DNA of 64,000 bases from Actinomycetota bacterium (GTDB lineage: Bacteria > Actinomycetota > Acidimicrobiia > Acidimicrobiales > Ilumatobacteraceae), in assembly GCA_030685215.1 (NCBI GenBank), contig JAUXQB010000278.1, forward strand, positions 2,599 through 66,598. Direction: 5' to 3'. Made by a program: the position numbers and the translations under genes. Below the pieces are notes generated by a model. That model was not told the origin of the DNA and made no database searches. It saw nothing but the letters and a program-made list of their open reading frames with translations. The stretch's first letter is position 1; each line of letters starts with the position of its first letter. This document shows positions 25,223 through 34,196 of the stretch, in pieces.

Positions 25223-26370
25223 AGCAGCACCAGGCTCGTCACGGTGAGGACTGCGCCCGCGAGCAACCCGGCCGCGATGGTGGGTGTCGGCGCGGTGGTC
25301 ATCCGCCTGACGGGTCGTTCGACGAGCACGTGCAGGCCCCACGCGACCAGCACGGCCGCACCCAGGATCACTGCCGCGAGCCCCACGCCGTCGAAGCCCA
25401 TGCGGTCGGCGGTGAGCACCGAGTAGACCGGCCAGTGCACGAGGTACAGCGAGTAGCTGACGGTGCCCAGCCAGTGCAACGGCTGGCCGCCGAGCGCGCG
25501 CGCGACCGCGCCGCGTTGCAGCAGCCCGACGATGGTGACCGCGCTGACGACGGCCACCGCGGTGTACCCGCCACGCAGCAGCCACGGCGGCGAGTAGTCG
25601 ACGAGGAGGAACAGAGCGACGAGCACTGCCAGCCCGCCGCCGGCGAGGAGGTCGCCGGTGCGTGCGGTGAGATCGGCGTGCTGGATGCGGTGGTGACCGA
25701 GTGCGAGCAGCACTCCCATGAACAGTTCGGGCATGCGCAGCACGGTGCTGAACTCGAGCGTCGGGTGCCAGTCGCTGACCACGTTGGTGAGCACGGCGGG
25801 TACCAGCACGCCCGCGGTGGCCACCACCGCCAGCACGGTGCGTGCGTGGCGCAGGCGGCTGACCATCACGAACAGCAGCGCGAGCACGATGTAGAACTGC
25901 TCCTCGACGGCGAGCGACCAGGTGGGGCCGAGCGGCCCGACGATGGTCTGCAGCAGTTGCGCCTCGCCGCCACGGATGACGTGCCAGTTGGTGACGCTCC
26001 ACGTGGTGGCGATGGTGTCGGCGGAACGCGCCGAGAGGGGACCCCACGCGCTGAGCAGCACCACCGCGAGCACCACCGCGAACGTCGCCGGCCACAGACG
26101 GCGGATGCGGCGCGACCAGAAGCTGCGCAGGCTCACACCGCCGGTGGCGGACTGCTCGCGCAACAGCAGAGAGGTGATCAGGAACCCGCTGAGCGTGAAG
26201 AACACCGAGACGCCGATGAAGCCGCCGCGCATCCAGCCGCTCAGGCCGGACACAGCGCACGCGTGGTAGACGACGACGGCGACGATGCACACGCCGCGCA
26301 TGCCGTCGAGCGACGGCTCGTAGGCGGCGAGCGCGCTGGTGCCCGAGGTGGTTGCGGTGGCGGCGCTCAT
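25219..26370 (-). CDS. acyltransferase family 3 (AT3) membrane O-acyltransferase
   Basis: ATG 26370 overlaps the upstream stop (ATGA). 'LDGMRGVCIVAVVVYH', 'GFIGVSVFFTLSGFLIT', 'TWSLAVEEQFY' and 'SYSLYLVHWP' are canonical AT3 motifs. Confidence 0.88.
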   Translation of the reverse strand: MSAATATTSGTSALAAYEPSLDGMRGVCIVAVVVYHACAVSGLSGWMRGGFIGVSVFFTLSGFLITSLLLREQSATGGVSLRSFWSRRIRRLWPATFAVVLAVVLLSAWGPLSARSADTIATTWSVTNWHVIRGGEAQLLQTIVGPLGPTWSLAVEEQFYIVLALLFVMVSRLRHARTVLAVVATAGVLVPAVLTNVVSDWHPTLEFSTVLRMPELFMGVLLALGHHRIQHADLTARTGDLLAGGGLAVLVALFLLVDYSPPWLLRGGYTAVAVVSAVTIVGLLQRGAVARALGGQPLHWLGTVSYSLYLVHWPVYSVLTADRMGFDGVGLAAVILGAAVLVAWGLHVLVERPVRRMTTAPTPTIAAGLLAGAVLTVTSLVLL

Positions 26371-27842
26371 CGCGCCGGGTGTGGCACGGACCCGGCGTCG
26401 TTGCGCAGCGCACCGCCGCGCCACGGGGTGAACTCGTAGACGAACTGGTACGCGAACATCGTCGGCCACAGCTTCACCAGCAGCCGGTCGGCGCGGCCGA
26501 CCGTGCCCGCGACGAGCGGACGATCGCCCATGCCGAGTGCATCGAGCGGCAGACCGGTGTGGCGATGCCCGAGGTGCTCGAGGCCTGCCTCGTCGGCCAC
26601 CCGCAGGAACCGGCGACGGGTGAAGAACCGGAGGTGGGTGGCGTCGAGCACGCCGCGCTGGTCGTAGTCGAAGCGGCCGAATGCGATGCGCCCACGCGGG
26701 TACCAGTGGCTGATGTTGGGCACGCTCGCGATGAGCGTGCCCTGCGGGTGCACACGTGCGGCCATGTCGGCGAGCAGGCGCGCGGGATCGACGAGGTGTT
26801 CGATGACGTCGGCCGCGAGCACAAGGTCGAAGTCGCCGCCCACGGAATCCGGGATGCCGTGCCCGAGGTCGGCGGCGACGAAGCGGCTCATCCGCTGCTC
26901 GACGCCGTCGGCGGGTTCGATGTCGACGCCGACCACGGTGTGGCCGGCATCGGTGAGCGCCTTGGCGAGCCAGCCCGGCCCGCACCCGACGTCGAGGATG
27001 CGCATCGACGGGCGACCCTGCACCATCTGCAGGATGCGGCCGTGCGAACTGTACGGCGACGGCTTGAACGCGTACGGCTCTGGCACCTTGCCGAGCCGCC
27101 CGCTGCCGAAGCCACTGCGACCGAGGCGGTAGCGCACCGTGTCGACCACGACGTCCTTCGCGTACTTGATGCCGTTGACGTGGCAGATCTCGTCGCCGTA
27201 GTACGTGGGGATGGCCACTTCGACGATCTTCATCTTCGCTGCGGCGAGCTGCAGGATGATCTCGGTGTCGAAGTCGAAGTCGTCGGAGTTGCCCACGAAC
27301 GGCAGCTGAGCGAGCGCGCTCACCCGGTAGGCGCGGTAGCCGCTGTGCCACTCGCTGAGGCCGAGCCCGGTGAGCGCGTTCTGCGTGGTGCTGAGGATGC
27401 GGTTGCCGACGTACTTGTACAGCGGCATGCCGCCCTTGCGTGCCTCGCCGGCGTGCATCATGCGCGACCCGAACACGGCGTCGGCGTCGCCGTCGACGAT
27501 GGGGGCGATGAGGTCGCCCATGATCTCCGGGGCGTACTGGCCGTCGCCGTGCAGCAGTACCACGACGTCCCAGCCGTGGTTGATGGCGTAGGTGTAGCCC
27601 GCCTTCTGGTTGCCGCCGTAACCGAGGTTCTGCGGGTGGCGCACCACGGTGAGGTGGAACCGCGGGTCGGGGTGCTGCTCACCCTGGTACTGCTGGGCCA
27701 CGCCGTGCGTGTCGTCGGTGGAGTGGTCGTCCTGCACCAGCACCTCGGCCAACTGCAGTTGCGTGACGTCGGGGATGCGGTCGAGCACGCGGGCCAACGT
27801 CGATTCCGCGTTGTATGCCACCACCAGCACGCCGACCTTCAC
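26367..27842 (-). CDS. bifunctional GT2 glycosyltransferase / class I SAM methyltransferase fusion
   Basis: GTG 27842 has an AAAGGGG Shine-Dalgarno about 8 nt upstream. N-terminal half: 'VVAYNAES', 'VQDDHSTDDT', 'LLHGDGQYAP'. C-terminal half: 'ILDVGCGPGWLA', 'DLVLAADVIEHL'. 491 aa. Confidence 0.85.
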   Translation of the reverse strand: MKVGVLVVAYNAESTLARVLDRIPDVTQLQLAEVLVQDDHSTDDTHGVAQQYQGEQHPDPRFHLTVVRHPQNLGYGGNQKAGYTYAINHGWDVVVLLHGDGQYAPEIMGDLIAPIVDGDADAVFGSRMMHAGEARKGGMPLYKYVGNRILSTTQNALTGLGLSEWHSGYRAYRVSALAQLPFVGNSDDFDFDTEIILQLAAAKMKIVEVAIPTYYGDEICHVNGIKYAKDVVVDTVRYRLGRSGFGSGRLGKVPEPYAFKPSPYSSHGRILQMVQGRPSMRILDVGCGPGWLAKALTDAGHTVVGVDIEPADGVEQRMSRFVAADLGHGIPDSVGGDFDLVLAADVIEHLVDPARLLADMAARVHPQGTLIASVPNISHWYPRGRIAFGRFDYDQRGVLDATHLRFFTRRRFLRVADEAGLEHLGHRHTGLPLDALGMGDRPLVAGTVGRADRLLVKLWPTMFAYQFVYEFTPWRGGALRNDAGSVPHPAR

Positions 27843-27967
27843 GATGCACCCCTTTCGGCACGCCAGGCTAGTGGCGCCACCCCTGCCCGCCCCCGCATCT
27901 TCGCCGTCGGTACGGGCGCGCCGGCGTTCCTCGGGTTCCGAGAGCTCGGGTAGTACGGTGCCGCTCC

Positions 27968-29098
27968 ATGACGGAGCAGCCTGACGCACTGGTGTCGCGC
28001 AGCAAGAACATGGGCTACCTGGCGGGCGTCGACCATCTGCGGGGCTACGCGGCGGTGCTGATGGTGGTGTACCACGGCGTGCAGCAGGTGTCGAACCGCG
28101 TGTTCCCACGTGTCCACGACCCGCTGTCGGCGCTGGTGGTGGAAGGCCACACCGCGGTGGCGTTGTTCATGGTGCTCAGCGGGTTCATCCTCACCTACGG
28201 AGTCGGCGAACGGCCGATCCGTTACGGCGGGTTCATGAAGAACCGTGTGCTGCGCGTGGTGCCGATGTACGTGGTGGTCGTGGTCGTCGGCATGTACACG
28301 TTCTCCGGGGCGTACTCGCTGTCGGGCGTGTTCCAGTACTTCACGCTGCAGGCCACACCGCCGCTGCCGATGGCGTCGTTCGGGCCGTGGTCGGCCGTGC
28401 TCTGGACCATCAGCGTCGAGTTCTCGCTGTACCTGCTGTTCCCGTTCCTCGTGCGGTTCCTGCAGCGCGAGGGCGTGCGGTACCTGGTCGGGCTGCTGCT
28501 GCTCACCAACGTGCTGCGGCTGCTGTCGGCCGCCACCAACCGTGCCGCCATCCGAGACCTCAGCTACTGGACCATCGTCGGTCGCATCGACCAGTTCGTG
28601 CTCGGCATGATCGCGGCGTGGCTCATCAAGCGGGGCATGCTGCGCCTGGCCGGCACGCAGGCCGTGCTGCTGGCGCTGGCGGCGTTCGCCGGAGTGTGCT
28701 GTGCACTGTGGTGGTTCAACGCGAACGGCAGCTTCTACGGCAACGCGGTGTGGAAGGCGCAGTGGCCACTGGTGGAGGGAGCGCTGTGGGCGTTGTTCGT
28801 CGCCGGCTACGTGCTCGCCAGTCGCGGCTGGACCGGACGCGTGAAGCACTGGCTCACCCTGCCCGGCATCGTCAGCTACTCGGCCTACCTGCTGCACTTC
28901 GTGCTGGTGTCGGTGGTGGCGGATCGGATGTGGAACGTGCTCGACGGCAGCGTCGCCAACGCCGCGCTGCTCACGGTGGTGGTCATCCTGCCGGCCACGT
29001 TCGCGCTGTCGACGCTCTGCTATCTGGTGGTCGAGCGCCCGTTCATGCAGATGCGAGTTCGCTACGTGGCCACGCCGGAACCCGCCGCGGCTACGTGA
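27968..29098 (+). CDS. acyltransferase family 3 (AT3) membrane O-acyltransferase
   Basis: 'VDHLRGYAAVLMVVYH', 'VALFMVLSGFILT', 'VLWTISVEFSLYLLFP', 'SYSAYLLHF'. ATG at 27968. Confidence 0.88.
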   Translation: MTEQPDALVSRSKNMGYLAGVDHLRGYAAVLMVVYHGVQQVSNRVFPRVHDPLSALVVEGHTAVALFMVLSGFILTYGVGERPIRYGGFMKNRVLRVVPMYVVVVVVGMYTFSGAYSLSGVFQYFTLQATPPLPMASFGPWSAVLWTISVEFSLYLLFPFLVRFLQREGVRYLVGLLLLTNVLRLLSAATNRAAIRDLSYWTIVGRIDQFVLGMIAAWLIKRGMLRLAGTQAVLLALAAFAGVCCALWWFNANGSFYGNAVWKAQWPLVEGALWALFVAGYVLASRGWTGRVKHWLTLPGIVSYSAYLLHFVLVSVVADRMWNVLDGSVANAALLTVVVILPATFALSTLCYLVVERPFMQMRVRYVATPEPAAAT

Positions 29099-29669
29099 TC
29101 GACGCGGTCGCCGACACGTCGTCGCGTTGCGGCGTGGGGGTGCGGCGCTGGCTCACGAACACGGTGAACAGGAACAGCACGACGCCGATGATCTCCAGCA
29201 CCGAGACGATGCGCACGCCACCGATGTCGCGCCGGTAGAGCAACGTGTCGACGTGGTGCAGCGACACGAGGCGGATGGCGGCGAAGCAGACCAGGCCGGA
29301 GAGCACCACTGCGGCGGGAAGGTAACGTCGCCGGCGTTCCGGCACACGCCAGATGGCCACGATCACGGCGATGCCCCAGACGGCGGCGACGGTGCCGACC
29401 ACCGCCGCCTGCAGCCCGCGACGCGTCTGGTACCAGCCTTCTTCGCGGGCGGTGCGACGGCCGAGATCCGACAGCAGGTCGCCGAGCCCGACGCGGCCGA
29501 CGGCCAGAACGAGCAGCAGCGCGGCGGACAGCAGCCAGAACAGCGGCCACAGATCGCGCCGTTCCTCACGGCGCTGCACACGCTCGCGCCACCAGACCGG
29601 GAGGCACACGATGCACGCGAACAGGTACGCCAGGACGCGAACAGCATTCGAGTCGAGGATCTCCGCCAT
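29091..29669 (-). CDS. hypothetical integral membrane protein (~5 TM)
   Basis: ATG 29669. 192 aa of alternating hydrophobic stretches and Arg-rich loops. I recognise no family. The 3' end overlaps the convergent AT3 gene by 8 nt. Confidence 0.5.
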   Translation of the reverse strand: MAEILDSNAVRVLAYLFACIVCLPVWWRERVQRREERRDLWPLFWLLSAALLLVLAVGRVGLGDLLSDLGRRTAREEGWYQTRRGLQAAVVGTVAAVWGIAVIVAIWRVPERRRRYLPAAVVLSGLVCFAAIRLVSLHHVDTLLYRRDIGGVRIVSVLEIIGVVLFLFTVFVSQRRTPTPQRDDVSATASIT

Positions 29670-29712
29670 CGGGAAAGCGTACTGGCGTGCACCTCGACGG
29701 CGCATTCGCGGG

Positions 29713-30435
29713 TCAGTGACGAGTGCGGATGCGGGTGCCGAGCGGGCTGTACTTGACGATGCACACGACGGCGTGCACGCCGTCGTGCCAGCCGATCTTC
29801 TTGCCCTCGGCGTACGTGCGCCCGGAGTAGGACACACCCACCTCGTAGATGCGGCACTCGCGCGCGGCCACCTTGGCGGTGATCTCGGGCTCGAAGCCGA
29901 ATCGATCCTCCTCGATGTCGATCGACTGGATGATCTCGCGCCGGAAGACCTTGTAGCAGGTCTCCATGTCGGTGAGGTTGAGGTCGGTCATCATGTTGGA
30001 GAACAGCGTGAGCAGCTTGTTGCCCACCGTGTGCCAGAAGAGCAGCACACGATGAGGTGCGCCGGATTGGAACCGCGAGCCGTACACCACGTCGGCGCGG
30101 CCGTGCTCGAGCGGTTCCAGCAGCAGCCCGTAGTCGGCCGGGTCGTACTCGAGGTCGGCGTCCTGCACCACCACGTAGTCGGCGGTGGCGAGGGAGAAGC
30201 CCTGCCGCAGCGCGGCGCCCTTGCCCTGGTTGCGCGGTTGGTGGAACACGCGCACCAGCGGATGGTCGTACTCCGCGAGCAGCGCTCGACTGCCGTCGGT
30301 GCTGCCGTCGTCGACCACGACCACCTCGGCCACCCACGGCGACTGCAGCACCTTGTCGAGCAACTGGACGATGGTGGCTTCCTCGTTGAAGCAGGGCACG
30401 ACCACGGAGAGACACTGGCGGGGGGCTGTGGTCAC
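29713..30435 (-). CDS. GT2 glycosyltransferase (polyprenyl-phosphate sugar synthase-like, soluble type)
   Basis: 'VVVPCFNEE', 'VVVDDGSTDGS', 'VQDADLEYDP', 'VVYGSRF'. GTG 30435 is preferred over the track TTG at 30447, because a TATTGT hexamer occupies 30444-30449. Confidence 0.82.
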   Translation of the reverse strand: MTTAPRQCLSVVVPCFNEEATIVQLLDKVLQSPWVAEVVVVDDGSTDGSRALLAEYDHPLVRVFHQPRNQGKGAALRQGFSLATADYVVVQDADLEYDPADYGLLLEPLEHGRADVVYGSRFQSGAPHRVLLFWHTVGNKLLTLFSNMMTDLNLTDMETCYKVFRREIIQSIDIEEDRFGFEPEITAKVAARECRIYEVGVSYSGRTYAEGKKIGWHDGVHAVVCIVKYSPLGTRIRTRH

Positions 30436-30443
30436 GGGCGGGG

Positions 30444-30449
30444 ACAATA
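30444..30449 (-). promoter_or_regulatory. -10-like hexamer TATTGT, 8 nt upstream of GTG 30435
   Basis: TANNNT on the minus strand within the short divergent spacer (30436-30485). Confidence 0.4.
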
Positions 30450-30470
30450 CAGTGCAGGCATCACAAGCGC

Positions 30471-30476
30471 TACCGT
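30471..30476 (+). promoter_or_regulatory. -10-like hexamer TACCGT, 9 nt upstream of ATG 30486
   Basis: TANNNT within the divergent spacer. Confidence 0.4.
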
Positions 30477-30485
30477 GGCGCTGCC

Positions 30486-31757
30486 ATGACGGTCGCGGCC
30501 CCTTCCTCCAGCCACCGCCGTGCGCTTGCCGGTGTCGTGCTGCTCGGTGCCGTCATCCGAGTCGTGTACTGGCTGACGAAGTGGAACCAGCAGCTGCTGC
30601 TCAACGACTCCGTCTACTACAGCGGGCAGGCGTACCAGCTGACGCACGGCCGGCTGTTCCGAGAGCTGTTCGTCGACCAGCCCGGTGCCGAGCACGGCCC
30701 GCTCACCTCGGCGCTGATGGCTCCCCTCAGCTGGGGCGACGACTACGTGCGCTGGCAGCGGCTGGTCACCGTGGCCTGCGGCATCTGCCTGGTGTGGGTG
30801 CTGGGCCGGCTCGCGATGCGCCTCGCCGGGCCGCGAGCGGGGTTGCTGGCCGCCGGCATCGCCGCCGTGGCACCCAACCTGTGGATGAACGACGGCCTGG
30901 TGATGTCGGAGAGCGTCAGCATGCTGCTGGTCGCTCTCACGCTGTGGTGCGCACTCGACGCCGCCGAGCGCGACGACCGTCGCTCGCGAGTGCTGCTCGG
31001 CCTGGCGCTCGGCCTCGGCGCGCTCGCGCGCAGCGAGCTGGCACTGCTGGTGGTGCTGGCGCTCGTCTGGCTCGCCATCGTGCACCGCCGTCGGGCGCAG
31101 CCTGCCTGGCGGCCGGTGCTGCTGGTGGCCGCTGTGGTCGCCGGCACGCTGGCGCCGTGGGCGACGTTCAACATGGCTCGTTTCGAGCGGCCGGTGGTGC
31201 TCACCACCAACGACGGCACCACCTGGCTGGGGGCCAACTGCGACGACACCTATCGTGGCAGCGACGCCGGCGGGTGGACCGTGCTCTGCGTGTTGTCGGA
31301 CCCCGACTACCGCGCCGACGAGGAGCCGAGCGTGCGCTCCGCCCGGCAGCGATCGCTGGCCGTGCAGTACGTGCGCGAGCACCTCACCGACGCGCCCGGC
31401 GTCGTGGTCGCCCGCGTCGCCCGCACGCTCGATCTGTACGGCCTGCACGACCTGGTGCACCAGGACGTGGGGGAGGAGCGCCCACGGTGGGCCGCGTGGG
31501 CCGGCATCGTGTCGTTCTGGTGCATGGCCGTCGCCTCCGTGTTCGGCGCCCGCACGCTCGCCCGCCGTGAGCGGTGGCTGCTCCTGCTGCCGGTGCTGGT
31601 GGTGGCGTTCACCACCGTGGTGTTCTACGGCGGTCACCGCATCCGGTCCACGGCCGAGCCCACACTGGTGGTGCTCACTGCGCTCGCGGTCGATGCTGCG
31701 CTGAGCGCGTGGGGCTACGGTGTCGCCGCACGCCGTCCCGAAAGGCCTGGTACATGA
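30486..31757 (+). CDS. GT-C glycosyltransferase, PMT_2/ArnT-like (GT39/GT83-type)
   Basis: 'RVVYWL...LLNDSVYYSGQAYQL...AEHGPL' first-loop motif, 'APNLWMNDGLVMSES', about 10 TM. 423 aa. Confidence 0.75.
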   Translation: MTVAAPSSSHRRALAGVVLLGAVIRVVYWLTKWNQQLLLNDSVYYSGQAYQLTHGRLFRELFVDQPGAEHGPLTSALMAPLSWGDDYVRWQRLVTVACGICLVWVLGRLAMRLAGPRAGLLAAGIAAVAPNLWMNDGLVMSESVSMLLVALTLWCALDAAERDDRRSRVLLGLALGLGALARSELALLVVLALVWLAIVHRRRAQPAWRPVLLVAAVVAGTLAPWATFNMARFERPVVLTTNDGTTWLGANCDDTYRGSDAGGWTVLCVLSDPDYRADEEPSVRSARQRSLAVQYVREHLTDAPGVVVARVARTLDLYGLHDLVHQDVGEERPRWAAWAGIVSFWCMAVASVFGARTLARRERWLLLLPVLVVAFTTVVFYGGHRIRSTAEPTLVVLTALAVDAALSAWGYGVAARRPERPGT

Positions 31758-34192
31758 CGACCCCCTCCCGCCGATCAGTGGTCCTCCGCTTGATCACCGC
31801 GTTCGTGATCGGCTTCGTCAGCCTCACCCTCGAGATCGCCTACACCCGCGTCATCTCGTTCAAGCTGTTCTACTACTACACGTACTTCGTCATCGGGCTT
31901 GCGCTGCTCGGCCTCGGCGCGGCGAGTGCGTTCACCTCGTTGTCGGGCCGCCTGCGATCCGTCGACACCGTGCGGCTGGTGCAGCGGGTGGCACCGATCG
32001 CGGGTCTGGTGGGTGTCGTCGGGTATGCGGTGGTGGCCAGGCTGCCCACCGACGTCAACCTCATCTGGACCGGCTCGGCGGGCCAGGCCATCTGGCAGTT
32101 GATGCTGCTGGTGGTGCTGTCGGTCTCGATCACCGGTGTCTTCTTCGCCGTCGGCATGCTGTTCGCGTCGCTGGTCGTCAGTCAGGCCGACGAGGTGCGC
32201 CGGCTGTACTTCTGGGACCTCGTCGGCGCCGCACTGGGCTGCCTGGCGGCGGTGCCGCTCGAGTCGACGATGGGGCCGCCGGCGATGATCCTGGTCTCGC
32301 TCGTGCTGCTCGCGTTGCTCGGGCTCGGGATGGTGCTGGCCGAAGGTCGCCGCTGGCTGTTCACGGCCGGCGCGGTCGCGGTGGTGGCGTTGCTCGCGCT
32401 CGCGGCCGGCCAGTTGCGCGTGCGAGCCGATGCCACCAAGACGCTGAAGGACACCGACACCATCGTGGCCGGCGACTGGGGCCCGGTCTTCCGGGTCGAC
32501 GCGGTGGATCTCGGCGATCTGCAGGTGCTGCATCACGACGGGCTGTGGGGTTCGTCCATCTGGCGCTACGACGGCACCAGGGCCACCACCGCCCGCTTCG
32601 ACAACGACGTCCGGCAGGTGCCCTTCGCTGCACTCGGCCCCGATGCCGCCCCGACCGTGCTCATCATCGGCGCCGCAGGTGGCAACGAGATCATGGCCTC
32701 GCTCACCTATGGCGCCGGCCACGTCGATGCAGTCGAGCTGAACCCGGTCACGGTCGACCTGCTGCGCGACGAGTTCGCCGAGTACTCCGGACACGTGGTC
32801 GACGACCCACGGGTGAACTACGTGCAGGGCGACGGGCGCACCTTCCTGGCGCGCAGCAACACCGCGTACGACCTCATCTGGTTCGTCGCCCCTGACAGTT
32901 ACGCAGCGTCGAACGCGGCCACCGCCGGCGCCTTCGTGCTCTCCGAGAGCTACCTGTACACGCGTCAGATGATCGAGACCGCGTTCGACCACCTCACCCC
33001 GGAAGGTGCCATCGTCGCCCAGTTCGGCGACTTCGCGTTCGACCGCCGGCCCACCCGCACCGCGCGCTACCTCGTCACGGCCCGCGACGCGTTGCGCCCC
33101 CGCATCGACGAGTTCGCCGACCACGCCGCGCTCATCGTCGACTTCGGCGAGGACGACCTCGACAAGGTGAGCACCATCATGCTGTTCGCCTCGCCGGTCA
33201 CACCCGATGCGGTCGACCGGGTGCAGACCTCGCTCGACACACTGCCGCAGTCCACCGCCAAGTACCTGCCCGACGCGGTGCGGGCCGATGGCGTCACCTC
33301 CGACCTCATCACCGGAACCGATCGTGAGGTCACCACCATCGTCGACGACTACCCGTTCGACATCAGTGCCATCGACGACGACCGGCCGTTCTTCTGGCAC
33401 TTCACCGGGTTCGGCACCGTGCTCACCGACTGGTCGCGCAGCTTCGAGGACAACGAGATCGCCATCGGCGAACGGCTGCTGGTGGTGCTGGTCGGCGTCG
33501 GCACGCTGGTGGCCGCAGTGTTCCTGTGGCTGCCGTTCGGGCTCACCCGCCGGCGGGGAGCGGGAGTGAAGGTGAGCGGCCGTGCCCGATTGTTCGGATA
33601 CTTCGCCGCCCTCGGACTCGGCTTCATGCTCATCGAGATCTCGATGATCCAACGGTTCGCGCTGCTGCTCGGCTTCCCGACGCTGTCGCTGTCGGTCTCG
33701 CTGTTCACGCTGCTCATCGCCACCGGCGTCGGGGCGCGGTTCTCCGCCGTGATCAAGCGCTGGCCGGTGGGCGGTCTGCCGGTGGTCACCGGCACGCTCG
33801 TGGTGCTCAGCATCGTCTACATGTCGGTGGCCGAGTCGATCACCGACGCAGCGCTCGCCTGGGAGCAGTGGGCCCGCATCGCCGTCGTGATCGCCCTGCT
33901 GTTCCCGATCGGTCTGCTGCTGGGCGTGTTCCTGCCCACGGGCATCGACGACGCCGTTGCGGTCGCGGGCGCCGACCCGGCGGTCCGTGGCCGGTTGGTG
34001 GCGTGGTGTTGGGCCGTCAACGGGTTCTTCTCCGTCATCGGTGCATCGGTCACCACCATCTTGTCGATGGCGGTCGGGTTCAACCAGGCTTTGCTCGTCG
34101 GCCTCGGCATGTACGTGGCGGCGCTGGTGCTGCAACTGCTGGCACAGAGCGCCGAAGAGGACGACGAGGAAGCGGCGCTCGAACCGGCGTGA
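31754..34192 (+). CDS. membrane-embedded spermidine-synthase-like protein (TM bundle - SpeE-like domain - TM bundle)
   Basis: ATG 31754 overlaps the upstream stop (ATGA). The central domain 'VLIIGAAGGNEIMASL...VDAVELNPVTV...YVQGDGRTFL...DLIWFVAPDS' resembles the aminopropyltransferase fold. It is flanked by about 7 N-terminal and 6 C-terminal hydrophobic helices. 812 aa. Confidence 0.7.
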   Translation: MTTPSRRSVVLRLITAFVIGFVSLTLEIAYTRVISFKLFYYYTYFVIGLALLGLGAASAFTSLSGRLRSVDTVRLVQRVAPIAGLVGVVGYAVVARLPTDVNLIWTGSAGQAIWQLMLLVVLSVSITGVFFAVGMLFASLVVSQADEVRRLYFWDLVGAALGCLAAVPLESTMGPPAMILVSLVLLALLGLGMVLAEGRRWLFTAGAVAVVALLALAAGQLRVRADATKTLKDTDTIVAGDWGPVFRVDAVDLGDLQVLHHDGLWGSSIWRYDGTRATTARFDNDVRQVPFAALGPDAAPTVLIIGAAGGNEIMASLTYGAGHVDAVELNPVTVDLLRDEFAEYSGHVVDDPRVNYVQGDGRTFLARSNTAYDLIWFVAPDSYAASNAATAGAFVLSESYLYTRQMIETAFDHLTPEGAIVAQFGDFAFDRRPTRTARYLVTARDALRPRIDEFADHAALIVDFGEDDLDKVSTIMLFASPVTPDAVDRVQTSLDTLPQSTAKYLPDAVRADGVTSDLITGTDREVTTIVDDYPFDISAIDDDRPFFWHFTGFGTVLTDWSRSFEDNEIAIGERLLVVLVGVGTLVAAVFLWLPFGLTRRRGAGVKVSGRARLFGYFAALGLGFMLIEISMIQRFALLLGFPTLSLSVSLFTLLIATGVGARFSAVIKRWPVGGLPVVTGTLVVLSIVYMSVAESITDAALAWEQWARIAVVIALLFPIGLLLGVFLPTGIDDAVAVAGADPAVRGRLVAWCWAVNGFFSVIGASVTTILSMAVGFNQALLVGLGMYVAALVLQLLAQSAEEDDEEAALEPA

Positions 34193-34196
34193 CCGC

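Noticed and set aside
31775-34135. 786-aa minus-strand ORF
   Set aside because: It is antisense to the SpeE-like membrane protein. Its composition is highly charged (Asp/Arg/His/Glu/Gly) with no fold-like pattern.
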